IMG/VR virus record: IMGVR_UViG_3300050120_000442
Span: 1-63,886 of that record
From: a virus
Lineage: Duplodnaviria; Caudoviricetes
DNA: 63,886 nt
Direction: 5' to 3' (one strand)
The notes below the pieces were generated by a model, which made no database searches, had not been told where the DNA came from, and was given only the letters and a program-made list of their open reading frames with translations. Of this stretch, positions 1 to 10,024 are shown piece by piece. The position numbers were made by a program, and so were the translations under genes. Positions within the stretch are counted from its first letter, which is position 1, and each line of letters begins with the position of its first letter.

Positions 1-183
1 GTGACTGAAGCTATCGAGTTCCTCGCGTTGCCAGCCGTCGAACGGCTGGTTGGTCTGAAGAAAAGCAAGATCTACGCGATGGTGACAGAAGGCCTGTTCC
101 CGAAGCCGATCAAGCTCGGGCGCGCGAACCGCTGGCCCAACACCCATATCGCCGCGTGGCAGAAGGCGCAGATGGCCGCCTGA
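1..183 (+). CDS. alpA: AlpA-family regulator / excisionase (RDF)
   Basis: 60 aa with motif L..V....GL.KS.IY.M...G.FPKPIKLG; typical partner of P4-type integrases. Confidence 0.85.
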   Translation: MTEAIEFLALPAVERLVGLKKSKIYAMVTEGLFPKPIKLGRANRWPNTHIAAWQKAQMAA

Positions 184-929
184 TGCCCAACAGTGACGAC
201 GACCTGCTCGGCGTACTGCCGCAGGAAAAGCCGAAGCGTGGCGGCGGCCGACCGACCAACGAAGCTGTTGCCGCGCGCGAGAGTGAGCGGCGCGCACAGA
301 TCGAAGAGAGTCTTCGGGGGTCGCAGTTCGCCAAGCAGGGCAAGAGCGCCCTGGGCGATCCGTATAGCATCCAGGCCGGCGTCAACATCACCTGGCTCTG
401 TCAGGCCTTCCGGCAGGACATCAAGACTGTCCGCCGCAAGCTGGCCGACCTGGACCCGATCGGTGTCGGCGCCCGGAAGATGGAGATCTACGACTTCCCC
501 GCCGCGGCCTCGCGACTGGCCAAGCCGCTGCCCGACGCGATGGCCCAGTTCATCCGGGGGATGCGGGTCCAAGACCTGCCGATCCAACTGCAGCATCCGT
601 ATTGGTCGGCCATGCGGGTCCGCCAGATCTACGAGGAACACGCTGGCCAGCTATGGAAAACCGACGACGTCCTGGAGGTCTTCGCCGACACCTTCAAGAC
701 CATCAAGTCGCAGATGCAGCTCTGGGTGGATGACGTCGATTCCAATCAGGAGCTTACCAATGACCAGCGCATCCTGCTCGGCCAGATGGTCGATGGGCTC
801 CAGGATGACATCCACGCCCGCCTGGTCGAGATGCCCAAGCTCAAGCAGACCCGCAGTTCGGCAGAGGCTCCCGACATGAAGTCGATGAAGATCGACCTGG
901 CCGAGGACGACGCGGACGTGATCGGATGA
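183..929 (+). CDS. terS: Terminase small subunit (DUF1441-like)
   Basis: TGATG overlap with alpA; HTH-like segment, then helical W.T.DV..VF region; lies upstream of terL. Confidence 0.7.
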   Translation: MPNSDDDLLGVLPQEKPKRGGGRPTNEAVAARESERRAQIEESLRGSQFAKQGKSALGDPYSIQAGVNITWLCQAFRQDIKTVRRKLADLDPIGVGARKMEIYDFPAAASRLAKPLPDAMAQFIRGMRVQDLPIQLQHPYWSAMRVRQIYEEHAGQLWKTDDVLEVFADTFKTIKSQMQLWVDDVDSNQELTNDQRILLGQMVDGLQDDIHARLVEMPKLKQTRSSAEAPDMKSMKIDLAEDDADVIG

Positions 930-1606
930 GCCGCCCCAAGTTGCTCGACCTTTACTGCGGAGCGGGTGGCGCAGCCAAGGGCTACCACGACGCTGGCTTC
1001 GACGTGACCGGCGTCGATCTAAGCCCGCAGCCCCGCTTCCCATTCAAGTTCGTCGAGGGCGACTGCCTAGTGCTAGACCCGAAGTGGATCAGGCGGAACT
1101 TCGACGCGGTCCACGCGAGCCCGACCTGCCAGGCCCATACGAAGCTAAAGACCATGCACAATGCCCGCCCCCACCTGGACCTTATCCCAGGGACGAGGGC
1201 GATCCTGGAGGCCTGCGGGCTGCCCTGGATCATTGAGAACGTCGTCGGCGCTCCGCTGATAGACCCTATCATCCTGTGCGGCACGATGTTCGGGCTGGCG
1301 GCCGGCGAGCTGGAGCTTCAGCGCCATCGTCAGTTCGAGGCCAACTTCAAGCTCTACGGCTCGACCTGCCGCCATCACGGCCGCGGCACGATCGGCATCT
1401 ACGGCGATCACATCCGCGACAGGCGCCGGCGCGCCGGCAGCCAGGACCGTGGCCGAGCTGACCCCACGTTCGCGGACGGCTGCAAGGCCATGGGCATCGA
1501 CTGGATGCAGATGACCGAGCTGTGCCAGTCGATCCCGCCGGCCTACACAAGCTTCCTGGGCGCCCAGCTCCGCTACCAGGTCGAGACGTGGGACCTTATC
1601 GGATGA
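926..1606 (+). CDS. DNA cytosine-C5 methyltransferase (short type)
   Basis: Motif I LDLYCGAGG, motif IV HASPTCQ, motif VI IENV. Confidence 0.8.
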   Translation: MSRPKLLDLYCGAGGAAKGYHDAGFDVTGVDLSPQPRFPFKFVEGDCLVLDPKWIRRNFDAVHASPTCQAHTKLKTMHNARPHLDLIPGTRAILEACGLPWIIENVVGAPLIDPIILCGTMFGLAAGELELQRHRQFEANFKLYGSTCRHHGRGTIGIYGDHIRDRRRRAGSQDRGRADPTFADGCKAMGIDWMQMTELCQSIPPAYTSFLGAQLRYQVETWDLIG

Positions 1607-2304
1607 ACGAACGCGAAAAGATTGCTGCCATCATCCGTGCTCTGCGGGCCAAGACCGTTGAGAACGGCTGCACCGAAGATGAGGCCATCGCCGCCGCGGC
1701 GAAGATCGTGGAGCTGCTCGCCCGCTACAACTTGACGGTGGACGAAGTCGAGATGCGAGCTTCGCCGTTCAAGAAGCACAAGGAGGTCCACTATGACCCC
1801 GTTGGCGAGCGGGTGTGGAAGCCGGCGGTCGCCATCGCGAAGCTGACGGGCTGCACGACCTGGAAGTCCGGCCCTGGCGTGCATCCGGCAGAGATATACT
1901 TCTTCGGCTTCGAGCATGAGGTCGAGATCGCGAAATACCTGCTGGAGGTTTGCGCTGGCGCCATGCGGCGTGAGCAGGACAAGATCCTAGTGAACTACCG
2001 CCGTCTGGCGCCGGCGATGCAGCGCCGCAGGGTAGCCCCGTTCCTCGACGGGATGGCAGACCGGCTCTATCGGCGCATCCTCGAACTCATTCCGCCGACC
2101 CCGACCGGCACCGGCCTGGTGGTCCTGCGCAATGCGCTGCTCGCCAAGGCGCTGAAAGATACCGGAGTCGCCCTGAAGAAGACAAACGCCCGACCCAGCC
2201 TAGACTATGACCCGGCCTACGGCGCCGGGCGCCGGGCGGCTGACAAGGTGGCGCTGAACCCGGCCCTCGGCGGCAGCGGCGCTATCCGAGCCCTGCTGGG
2301 ATGA
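1603..2304 (+). CDS. DUF2786-like hypothetical protein
   Basis: N-terminus KI.AL.AK....GCTEDEA.AA; ATGA overlaps on both sides. Confidence 0.6.
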   Translation: MNEREKIAAIIRALRAKTVENGCTEDEAIAAAAKIVELLARYNLTVDEVEMRASPFKKHKEVHYDPVGERVWKPAVAIAKLTGCTTWKSGPGVHPAEIYFFGFEHEVEIAKYLLEVCAGAMRREQDKILVNYRRLAPAMQRRRVAPFLDGMADRLYRRILELIPPTPTGTGLVVLRNALLAKALKDTGVALKKTNARPSLDYDPAYGAGRRAADKVALNPALGGSGAIRALLG

Positions 2305-4388
2305 CCTTCCAGTACCCTTCGATCCAGGACATGATCGTGGACACGGCGGCCCTCATCCGGCCGCCCGAGCGCCTCACCGTGTCCCAGGCGGCGGCGAAGT
2401 ATCGCTACCTGAACAACCCCGGCTCCTTCGTCGGCTACTGGAACAACGACTTCGCCCCCTACCTGATCGAGCCCATGGATGTGCTGACGTCCCTGGACTA
2501 CACGGGCATGATCTTCGCCGGCCCGGCGCGTACCGGCAAATCCGATATGTTTTTCAATTGGATGGGTCACACGGCGATCTGCGATCCCGCTGACATGATG
2601 CTCGTCCACATGACGAACAACACAGCCCGCGACTGGTCCCAGGGCGACCTGGCCAAGGTGTTCCGCCACTCGAAAGCGATCGGCTCGAAGCTGTCCCGTG
2701 GCCGGCAGAACGACAACGTCCACGACAAGCACTTCACGTCCGGGATGCGCCTCCTGGTCAAGTACCCAGCCATCTCCGAGCTGAGTGGCAAGACGATCCC
2801 GCGGCTGTGGCTGATGGACTACGACCGCATGACCCAGGACGTGGAGGGTGAAGGTAACCCCTTCGACCTGACCCGGACCCGCGCCGTGACCTTCAAGAAG
2901 TTCGGCATGTGCGTGGCCGAGTCCTCGCCCGGCTTCGAGGTCGAGGGCGCCAACTGGATCGCGGGCTCCCCGCATGAGGCGCCGCCGACCGAAGGCATCC
3001 TGGCGCTCTACAACCGCGGCGACCGGCGCCGCTGGTACTGGAGCTGCCCGCAGTGCCAGGGCAAGTTCGAGCCCGACTTCCACCTGTTCGACTACCCGAA
3101 GTCCAGCGATCACATGGAAGCCGCCGAGCAGGTCACGATGATCTGCCCGTTCGACGGCTTCCCGATCACGCCCGACTTCAAGAAAGAGCTGAACATCGGC
3201 GGCCGTTGGATCAAGGACGGCATGGTCTGGATGCCCGATGGCCAGATCGTCGGCAAGCCGTTCCGCACCGATATCGCCTCCTTCTGGATGAAGGGTCCTG
3301 CCGCCGCGTTCCAGGACTGGAAGACCCTGGTCCTGAAGTACCTTCAGGCCACGGAGGACTACGACAAGACAGGCAGCGAGCAAGCGCTGAAGACGACGAC
3401 CAACGTCGATCAGGGGCTACCCTACACGCCCAAGGCGACGCTGATCGAGCGCCTGCCCGAAGACCTGAAGAACCGCGCGGTCGATTGGGGCGGCGAGGCC
3501 AACGAGCCTGTCGTGCCCCCCGGCGCGCGGTTCATCATCGCCACGATCGACGTGCAGAAGCGGGCCTTTGTCGTGCAGGTCCATGGCATCGGGGTCGGTG
3601 GCGATATTTGGATCATGGACGCCTTCAAGATCAGGCACTCCGCGCGCCTGAACGAACAGGGTGAGCGGATGGTCCTGGACCCTGCCGGCTACCCCGAGGA
3701 CTGGCAAACCCTGGTGGACCAGGTCATCGAGCGCACCTACCCGCTGTCGGATGGCTCGGGCCGCCGGATGATGGTCAAGGCCATCGGCTGCGACTCCGGC
3801 GGTAAGGCCGGCGTGACGACCAACGCCTACGCCTTCTGGCGCTGGCTCAAGAGCGACCCGTCGATCTCGCACGCCAACCATCACCGACGCTTCCAACTGG
3901 TCAAGGGCGAGCCCAGCAAATCCGCGCCGCGCATTCGGCTCGGCTATCCCGACAGCCAACGGAAAGACCGGAACGCGGGCAACCGCGGCGATGTCCCCGT
4001 CCTGTTCATCAACTCGAACCTGGTGAAGGATCAGATCTCCGCGATGCTCGGCCGGATCGACCCGGAGGGCGGCATGGTTCACTTCCCGAGCTGGATGCCC
4101 GACTGGCTCTACACGCAGCTCACCGCCGAGACCCGGTCATCCAAAGGCTGGACGAATGGCAACAAGCGCAACGAGGCCTTCGACTGCCTGGCCTATGCCG
4201 TGGCCATCGGCCTGAACGCTCGCCAGGTCATGCCGCCGGTCGAGAAGATCGACTGGGGGAACCCGCCGAAGTGGGCCGCAGACTGGGATTTGAATGACCT
4301 CGTCTTTGCCGACAAAATCAACAAAAGGTTTGCTACTCAACCCAAAAGTGTTATTGACTTGGAGGCTCTAGGTTCCGCTCTCGGCTAG
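2301..4388 (+). CDS. terL: Terminase large subunit, lambda GpA family
   Basis: Walker A GPARTGKS, DYDRM, ESSPG, CPQC zinc motif, nuclease motifs IDVQ / DSGG / NEAFD. Confidence 0.95.
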   Translation: MTFQYPSIQDMIVDTAALIRPPERLTVSQAAAKYRYLNNPGSFVGYWNNDFAPYLIEPMDVLTSLDYTGMIFAGPARTGKSDMFFNWMGHTAICDPADMMLVHMTNNTARDWSQGDLAKVFRHSKAIGSKLSRGRQNDNVHDKHFTSGMRLLVKYPAISELSGKTIPRLWLMDYDRMTQDVEGEGNPFDLTRTRAVTFKKFGMCVAESSPGFEVEGANWIAGSPHEAPPTEGILALYNRGDRRRWYWSCPQCQGKFEPDFHLFDYPKSSDHMEAAEQVTMICPFDGFPITPDFKKELNIGGRWIKDGMVWMPDGQIVGKPFRTDIASFWMKGPAAAFQDWKTLVLKYLQATEDYDKTGSEQALKTTTNVDQGLPYTPKATLIERLPEDLKNRAVDWGGEANEPVVPPGARFIIATIDVQKRAFVVQVHGIGVGGDIWIMDAFKIRHSARLNEQGERMVLDPAGYPEDWQTLVDQVIERTYPLSDGSGRRMMVKAIGCDSGGKAGVTTNAYAFWRWLKSDPSISHANHHRRFQLVKGEPSKSAPRIRLGYPDSQRKDRNAGNRGDVPVLFINSNLVKDQISAMLGRIDPEGGMVHFPSWMPDWLYTQLTAETRSSKGWTNGNKRNEAFDCLAYAVAIGLNARQVMPPVEKIDWGNPPKWAADWDLNDLVFADKINKRFATQPKSVIDLEALGSALG

Positions 4389-4396
4389 GATGTTAG

Positions 4397-4627
4397 ATGC
4401 TGTCACCGGCCGACCTGCAGATCGCCAAGACGAACCTTGTAGCCGCGCAGGCCGCCTACCACAGCCTGGTTCTGGGTAATGCCGTAGCGTCCTTCAAGGA
4501 CAGCAACGGCGAGTCGGTGACCTACACCGCCGCCAGCGCCTCGCGCCTAGCCGACTACATCAAGACCCTTCAGGACCAGATCAACCCGTGCGCGCGCATC
4601 TCTGCGCCGATGAGGTTCTGGTTTTGA
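4397..4627 (+). CDS. gpW-like head-tail joining protein
   Basis: 76 aa between terL and portal; AYH.L..G....D.NGE.V.Y...L..YI pattern. Confidence 0.8.
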   Translation: MLSPADLQIAKTNLVAAQAAYHSLVLGNAVASFKDSNGESVTYTAASASRLADYIKTLQDQINPCARISAPMRFWF

Positions 4628-6417
4628 AATACTCGCCCGATATCGAACTTCTGCTTGGGAGCGCGGCCCACGACGCGATCCCGGCCGCGCCGTCTCCCGC
4701 CGCCGGTGATCTCCCGGTAGCGGGAGGCGGCGACAGGGCGTTGGTGGGTGGCGCTTATGAGGGCGCGCGGATCTTCGACAAGGAGATCGCCCTCTGGCAG
4801 CCCGGCCTCGGCTCGGCCGACATGGACCTGCTTCCCGAGAAGCCGTTCATCGACGCCCGCGTCCGCGACAGCTTCCGCAACGACGCCTACGTGGCGAACG
4901 GCGGCGAGCTGCAGAAGGACAACATCGTCGGCGCGTCGTTCCTCCTGAACGCCAAGCCCGCCACCAAGGCCCTCGCTCAGGTCGATAAGACCTTCGACGA
5001 GTCCTGGGAATCCGAGATGCAGGAGGAAGTGGAGACGATCTTCACCCTCCTGGCCGAGAGCCCGAACAACTGGCTCGACGTCACCCGCGTCAACACCCTG
5101 ACCGAGATGACGCGACTGGCCGTGGGCATCCATTCGGCGGCCGGCGAAGTTCTGGCCACGGCCGCGTGGATGCGCGACGGGCGCCCGTTCAACACCGCTC
5201 TCCAGATGATCGACCTCGATCGCCTGTCTAACCCGTTCGGGCAGTGGAACAACCGCAACCTGCGCGACGGCGTGGTGAAGACCGACTACGGGATGCCGGT
5301 CGGCTACCAGATCCGTAACGGCCACCCCGCCGACTTCAACAACTTCGGCACCCTGGACTATCAGAAGTGGACCTTGGTCCCGGCCGCAAAGCCGTGGGGC
5401 CGACTTCAGACTCTCCACATCCTGGAACAGAACCGCGTCGATCAGAGCCGCGGCGTCTCGGGCATCGTCTCGATGCTCAAGGAACTGCGGATCACCAAGA
5501 AGTTCCGAGACGTCGTGCTCCAGAACGCCGTGGTCAACGCGACCTACGCCGCCTCGATCGAGTCCGATCTGCCGAGCGATCAGGTTATGGCGCAGCTCGG
5601 CGGCGGCAACGTCTCCGAAGCCGCATACCAGGAAGCCATCACCCAGTACGGGCTGGGTTTCCTCGGCGCCATCGGCCAGTATGCCAAGGGCTCCAAGAAC
5701 ATGGCGATCGACGGGGTGAAGATCCCGCACCTGTTCCCCGGCACGAAGCTGCAGATGCGGCCCGCCGGGCAAGGTGGCCCACTCGGCAACGACTTCGAGC
5801 AGTCGCTGCTGCGCTACATCGCGGCGGGCCTGGGCGTGTCCTACGAGCAACTCTCGAAGGACTACAGCCAGTCGAACTACTCGTCCGTCCGTGCGGCGAT
5901 GACCGAGACGTGGAAGACCATGCAAGGGCGCAAGCGGCGCGTGGCCGATCGCTTCGCCGGCACCGCCTACCGCCTGTGGCTGGAAGAAGCCATCAACAAG
6001 AACGCGCTCTCCACGATCCCCGTGTCGAAGAAGGATCTCTTCTACACGGGAGGCAAGCTGAACCTGCGCTTCGACGCCATCGCCGGATGCGAGTGGGTCG
6101 GCGCCAGCCGCGGCCAGATCGACGAGCTTAAGGAAACCCAAGCCGCGATCCAGCGCATCCTGTTCGGCCTGTCCACCTGGGAAGACGAACTCGGTCGCCT
6201 GGGCAAGGACTGGCGGAAGGTGTTCGCCCAGATCCAGCGCGAGCAGACCGACCGTGAGACGCGCGGCATCCTTCAAAACATCCAGTCCGATATGGCGAAC
6301 GCCACGACGGGCGCCGTCAGCACCGATGAACCGGGCGAGGGCACCACGGCCGAGGGCGCGGCCGGCGCTCCCGCCAGCGGCGCCAAGAAGCCCGCCCCGA
6401 AAGGCGCAAAGAAATGA
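4624..6417 (+). CDS. Portal protein, lambda family
   Basis: Motifs Q.RGVS, GLGVSYEQLSKDYSQSNYSS.R, IDELKE; probable TTG start overlapping the gpW stop. Confidence 0.93.
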   Translation: MKYSPDIELLLGSAAHDAIPAAPSPAAGDLPVAGGGDRALVGGAYEGARIFDKEIALWQPGLGSADMDLLPEKPFIDARVRDSFRNDAYVANGGELQKDNIVGASFLLNAKPATKALAQVDKTFDESWESEMQEEVETIFTLLAESPNNWLDVTRVNTLTEMTRLAVGIHSAAGEVLATAAWMRDGRPFNTALQMIDLDRLSNPFGQWNNRNLRDGVVKTDYGMPVGYQIRNGHPADFNNFGTLDYQKWTLVPAAKPWGRLQTLHILEQNRVDQSRGVSGIVSMLKELRITKKFRDVVLQNAVVNATYAASIESDLPSDQVMAQLGGGNVSEAAYQEAITQYGLGFLGAIGQYAKGSKNMAIDGVKIPHLFPGTKLQMRPAGQGGPLGNDFEQSLLRYIAAGLGVSYEQLSKDYSQSNYSSVRAAMTETWKTMQGRKRRVADRFAGTAYRLWLEEAINKNALSTIPVSKKDLFYTGGKLNLRFDAIAGCEWVGASRGQIDELKETQAAIQRILFGLSTWEDELGRLGKDWRKVFAQIQREQTDRETRGILQNIQSDMANATTGAVSTDEPGEGTTAEGAAGAPASGAKKPAPKGAKK

Positions 6418-7772
6418 CAGCCAAGAATCCTTTGATCGCCCGCTTCGTGGGTGCGGCTGCTGCGGCCTTCGTCGCCGCCGAGAGCCAGACCCAGTTCGAG
6501 AGCTGTCTGCATGAAGCTCACCAGGTCATGCAGCACCCGGCGTACCTTGAGGCGGTAGCCTCGCAGGTCAACGCCGGCCCAGCCGACTTCTGGGCGTTCG
6601 ATCCGAACTCCTACATGGCGTCGCTGCGCCCGTATGTCGTCGTAGACGGCATCCTCCAGATCCCGGTCAAGGGAGTGCTCCTGCACGACCTGCCGTATGC
6701 CCTGGGCTCCTGGGCCACCGGTTACGCCTACATCTGGGAAGCGTTCAAGCGCGGCATGGCCGACCCGGCAGTAAAGGGCATCGCCCTGGTCTGCGACTCG
6801 CCTGGCGGCCAGGTGGCCGGCAACTTCGAGCTGGTCGATAAGATGTGGGCGCTGAAGGGCTCCAAGCCCATCCGTGGCTTCGCCTCGGAGTGCGCCTATT
6901 CGGCCGCCTACTCGATCATCTCCGTGTCCGACGTGATCTACGTCACGCGCACCGGCGGCGTTGGTTCGATCGGTGTCGTGACGTCCCATGTGGATACCTC
7001 CAAGGCCGATGCGAAGTACGGTCTAAAATTCACCTTTATCTATGCCGGTCAACATAAAGTTGACGGTAATCAACATGAACCGCTGCCCGCCGATGTCAAG
7101 GGCCGGATTCAAAAGCGCATCGACGCGCTCTACGCCGTTTTCGTGTCCACCGTGGCGCGGAACCGGGGGATGGAGGAACAGGCCGTTCGGGACACCGAGG
7201 CCCTGACCTTCACCGCCGAAGACGCCCTGTCGATCGGACTAGCCGACAAAATCGGCTCGCTCGACGACTCCCTGGCCGCATATGCGGCTGACCTGTCCCC
7301 CGATGAAGGAGACGAATCCATGTCCACCCCCCAAGGGACGGTCGAACAAGCCGTCCATGAAGCTGCCGTCGCCAGCGCACGCGCCGAAGGTCTTGCCACC
7401 GGCATCACCCAAGGCACCGCTGCCGGCCTGAAGGACGGCGCCAGCGCCGAACGCACTCGGATCAGCGCCATCCTGGCGTCGGCCGAAGGCAAGGAACGCC
7501 CGGTCGCCGCGCTCGCGGCTGCCACGGATACCGAGCTGAGCGTCGAAGCTGCCGCGACCTTCCTGGCCAAGATGCCCAAGGAAACCGCCGTCGCTGCCGT
7601 CGCCCCGGCGAACGGCTTCCTGGCCGCGATGGAAACCGGCGACAACGCGGCTCTGCTGGCGAGCGGTCATGCCGCTGCCGATGCTGTCGTCAATGCCGAC
7701 AGCCCGGACACCGTCCTGGCCGCCGCCGCCGCCTTCGGCATCCCCGGTATGCGGGCGCCTGCCAAGCAGTAG
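6414..7772 (+). CDS. S49 prohead protease with C-terminal scaffold (lambda gpC-like)
   Basis: DSPGG, AYSAAY, GSIGV motifs; Ala-rich C-terminal part. Confidence 0.92.
   Translation: MTAKNPLIARFVGAAAAAFVAAESQTQFESCLHEAHQVMQHPAYLEAVASQVNAGPADFWAFDPNSYMASLRPYVVVDGILQIPVKGVLLHDLPYALGSWATGYAYIWEAFKRGMADPAVKGIALVCDSPGGQVAGNFELVDKMWALKGSKPIRGFASECAYSAAYSIISVSDVIYVTRTGGVGSIGVVTSHVDTSKADAKYGLKFTFIYAGQHKVDGNQHEPLPADVKGRIQKRIDALYAVFVSTVARNRGMEEQAVRDTEALTFTAEDALSIGLADKIGSLDDSLAAYAADLSPDEGDESMSTPQGTVEQAVHEAAVASARAEGLATGITQGTAAGLKDGASAERTRISAILASAEGKERPVAALAAATDTELSVEAAATFLAKMPKETAVAAVAPANGFLAAMETGDNAALLASGHAAADAVVNADSPDTVLAAAAAFGIPGMRAPAKQ
7320..7772 (+). CDS. Nested scaffolding protein (Nu3-like, in-frame internal start)
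   Basis: GAAGGAG Shine-Dalgarno before in-frame ATG 7320 (MSTPQG), just after the protease domain. Confidence 0.65.
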   Translation: MSTPQGTVEQAVHEAAVASARAEGLATGITQGTAAGLKDGASAERTRISAILASAEGKERPVAALAAATDTELSVEAAATFLAKMPKETAVAAVAPANGFLAAMETGDNAALLASGHAAADAVVNADSPDTVLAAAAAFGIPGMRAPAKQ

Positions 7773-7814
7773 CCCGACCTCTCGCCCATCTCTTCAACCG
7801 CAAGGATTTGCGCC

Positions 7815-8507
7815 ATGAACGACGTGACCATCCCGTATCCCAACCCCGGCGTTGCGAGCTTTGAACAGCTCGACACCTGGCATCAGCAGTTCTACCTGGC
7901 CGGCAGCTATCCGCCGTCCAAGACCCACACCTTCCAGGTCGAGCAGAACCAGACCCTGGCTCAATTCCAGGTCGTGGGCCTGAACGCCCGCCGCAAGCTG
8001 GTCCCGGCGACTGTCGTCGAGACGATCACCTACTACGCCGAGAGCGCGACCGTGGCGAACCCCGGTTCGGGCGGCACCAACGGCGTGCAAACCGTGACCG
8101 GCACGACCGGGACCGGCACGAAGTTCCAAGCGTCCGTCACCATTGCCGGTGGCGAAGTGGTCTCCGTCAACAGCTTCGTGGTGGAAGGCAGCTACTCCGT
8201 GGCTCCCGCCGCCCCGACTGTTGAACCCGTGACCGGCGCCAGCCTGACCGGCGCCGAGCTGAACGTCGTGTTCGCCGAACTGGTGAGCACTGCGGCCGGC
8301 ATCCAGGCCATGGGCGTCATGACCGAAGGCGTCACGACCGTCGAAGGTCAGGACACGGTGGGGCTGCCCGTCTTCTACTCGGGCAACTTCGACAAGAACA
8401 CCCTGGTTTGGGACGCGTCCTTCGCTCAGGACTCGGACAAGTTCAACGCCTTCCGCGGCGCGCCGTCCCCCACCCAGATCGTCATCGGGGATCGTCAGGG
8501 CTCCTAA
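7815..8507 (+). CDS. Head decoration protein with inserted beta-rich domain
   Basis: Between protease and capsid; gpD-like ends (F.VVG...; YSGNF....LVW) flanking about 95 extra Gly/Thr/Val-rich residues. Confidence 0.7.
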   Translation: MNDVTIPYPNPGVASFEQLDTWHQQFYLAGSYPPSKTHTFQVEQNQTLAQFQVVGLNARRKLVPATVVETITYYAESATVANPGSGGTNGVQTVTGTTGTGTKFQASVTIAGGEVVSVNSFVVEGSYSVAPAAPTVEPVTGASLTGAELNVVFAELVSTAAGIQAMGVMTEGVTTVEGQDTVGLPVFYSGNFDKNTLVWDASFAQDSDKFNAFRGAPSPTQIVIGDRQGS

Positions 8508-8556
8508 GCTCGAACGTCGCCTTCCAAATCAACTTTTAGTTTAGGAGCCAACCAAA

Positions 8557-9645
8557 ATGGCGAATCCCTACGAACTCTGGTCCTTCCACAAGTCTCTGGG
8601 AGTGGTCCGCAACGTCATCCCCGAGTTCACCTACTGGTCCGATATGTTCGGCAGCCAGATCAACTCGACCGACGAGTATATCGACTTCGAGAAGCTGCCG
8701 GCCCTGAACCGTCGTCTGGCGCCGTTCGTGCGTCCGCTCGGCACCGGCAAGGCGATCTACACCGACAACTCGACCGCCTACCGGTTCAAGCCGGCCTACG
8801 TGAAGCTGAAGGACGCGGTGGACTCCACCAAGATCCTGACGAAGATCCCCGGCATCGACCCGATCCTGGCCCCGGCCATCCTCAACAACCCCATGGCGCG
8901 TCGCGACGCCCTGAAGGCCGCCATGGCTGTTCAGCACGTCCGCACGATCCAACGTCGTTGGGAATGGATGGGCGCCCGCGCCATGATCGACGGCGGCATC
9001 ACGATCTCGGGGCCGGACTATCCGTCCGTCTACCTCGACTTCCGCCGCGACGCCGGCCAGACGATCGTGCTGGGCTCGGGCAACCGCTGGGGTGACTCGG
9101 GCGTCTCGATCCTGGGCCTGATCCAGGAATGGGCCGATCTGATGTTCGCTCCGGTCGGCGGCTTCGGCGGCTTCCCGGTTCGCATCACCGTGGGCTCCAA
9201 GGCCTGGTCGGCGATGCGGGTGGACCCCGAGATCAAGGACAACATGAACAAGTTCTTCCCGGACACGGGAACCTTGGTCGAGCGTGGTCTGATCGGGTCC
9301 GAGAAGGTCATCAAGGTCGGCAATCTGGGCATCGGTGGCACGTCCGGCGCCCAGATGGAAATCTGGCTCTACCGCGACAGCTACCAAGCTGACGACGGCA
9401 GCGAAGTCCAGATGATGGAAGCCACGGACATCGTCATGACGGCGAGCCCCGGCGCCATCAACGGTCACCGTTGCTTCGGCGCGATCATCGACCCCTGGGC
9501 GGAATACCAGTCGTTCGACATCTTCGCCCGCAACTACATGACCCAGGACGACCCGGCGGCGGAATACATGCTGCACCAGTCCGCGCCTCTGATGGTTCCG
9601 ATCAATCCGAACGGCACCCTCAAGGCGACCGTTGTCGCGGCCTAA
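8557..9645 (+). CDS. Major capsid protein (lambda gpE family)
   Basis: LAPFV.P, FKPAYVK.K, FGAI.D, QSAPL.VP motifs; strong AGGAG SD. Confidence 0.93.
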   Translation: MANPYELWSFHKSLGVVRNVIPEFTYWSDMFGSQINSTDEYIDFEKLPALNRRLAPFVRPLGTGKAIYTDNSTAYRFKPAYVKLKDAVDSTKILTKIPGIDPILAPAILNNPMARRDALKAAMAVQHVRTIQRRWEWMGARAMIDGGITISGPDYPSVYLDFRRDAGQTIVLGSGNRWGDSGVSILGLIQEWADLMFAPVGGFGGFPVRITVGSKAWSAMRVDPEIKDNMNKFFPDTGTLVERGLIGSEKVIKVGNLGIGGTSGAQMEIWLYRDSYQADDGSEVQMMEATDIVMTASPGAINGHRCFGAIIDPWAEYQSFDIFARNYMTQDDPAAEYMLHQSAPLMVPINPNGTLKATVVAA

Positions 9646-9659
9646 GTCGAAACCCCTAA

Positions 9660-9685
9660 ATCCCCCGGACGTGTGTCCGGGGGAT
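9660..9685 (+). terminator. GC-rich hairpin after the capsid gene
   Basis: ATCCCCCGGAC-GTGT-GTCCGGGGGAT; no U-tract, followed directly by an operator-like site. Confidence 0.5.
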
Positions 9686-9703
9686 CAACCAAAAGGTGAT
9701 TTT

Positions 9704-10021
9704 ATGCCTCTCGCTTTCGCGATCAATACCATCCATCACACCGCTCCCGCGGTGGGCAAAGCTGAGCCGAAGCGCACCGTCCAGAAGGCCGGCGCCGTGT
9801 TCATCCTGTCGGCCGAAGACAAGGCCGACTTCCTGAAGTTGAAGGCCGTGCGCGAGCCGACCACGGAAGAACTGCAGCTCTACGGCCTGGCCACCGGTCA
9901 GTACGTGGACAAGGCCTCGATCAAGAGTTCGACCAAGGTCGTGGCGCCCGTCGCTGAAGCCGAGACCCCGCCCGCCGTGGTGGCTGCCGTCGTCGGCGAA
10001 TCCGACGACAGCATCGGCTGA
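9704..10021 (+). CDS. Hypothetical head protein (gpFI position)
   Basis: Synteny; AAGGTG SD before ATG 9704. Confidence 0.55.
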   Translation: MPLAFAINTIHHTAPAVGKAEPKRTVQKAGAVFILSAEDKADFLKLKAVREPTTEELQLYGLATGQYVDKASIKSSTKVVAPVAEAETPPAVVAAVVGESDDSIG

Positions 10022-10024
10022 TAA

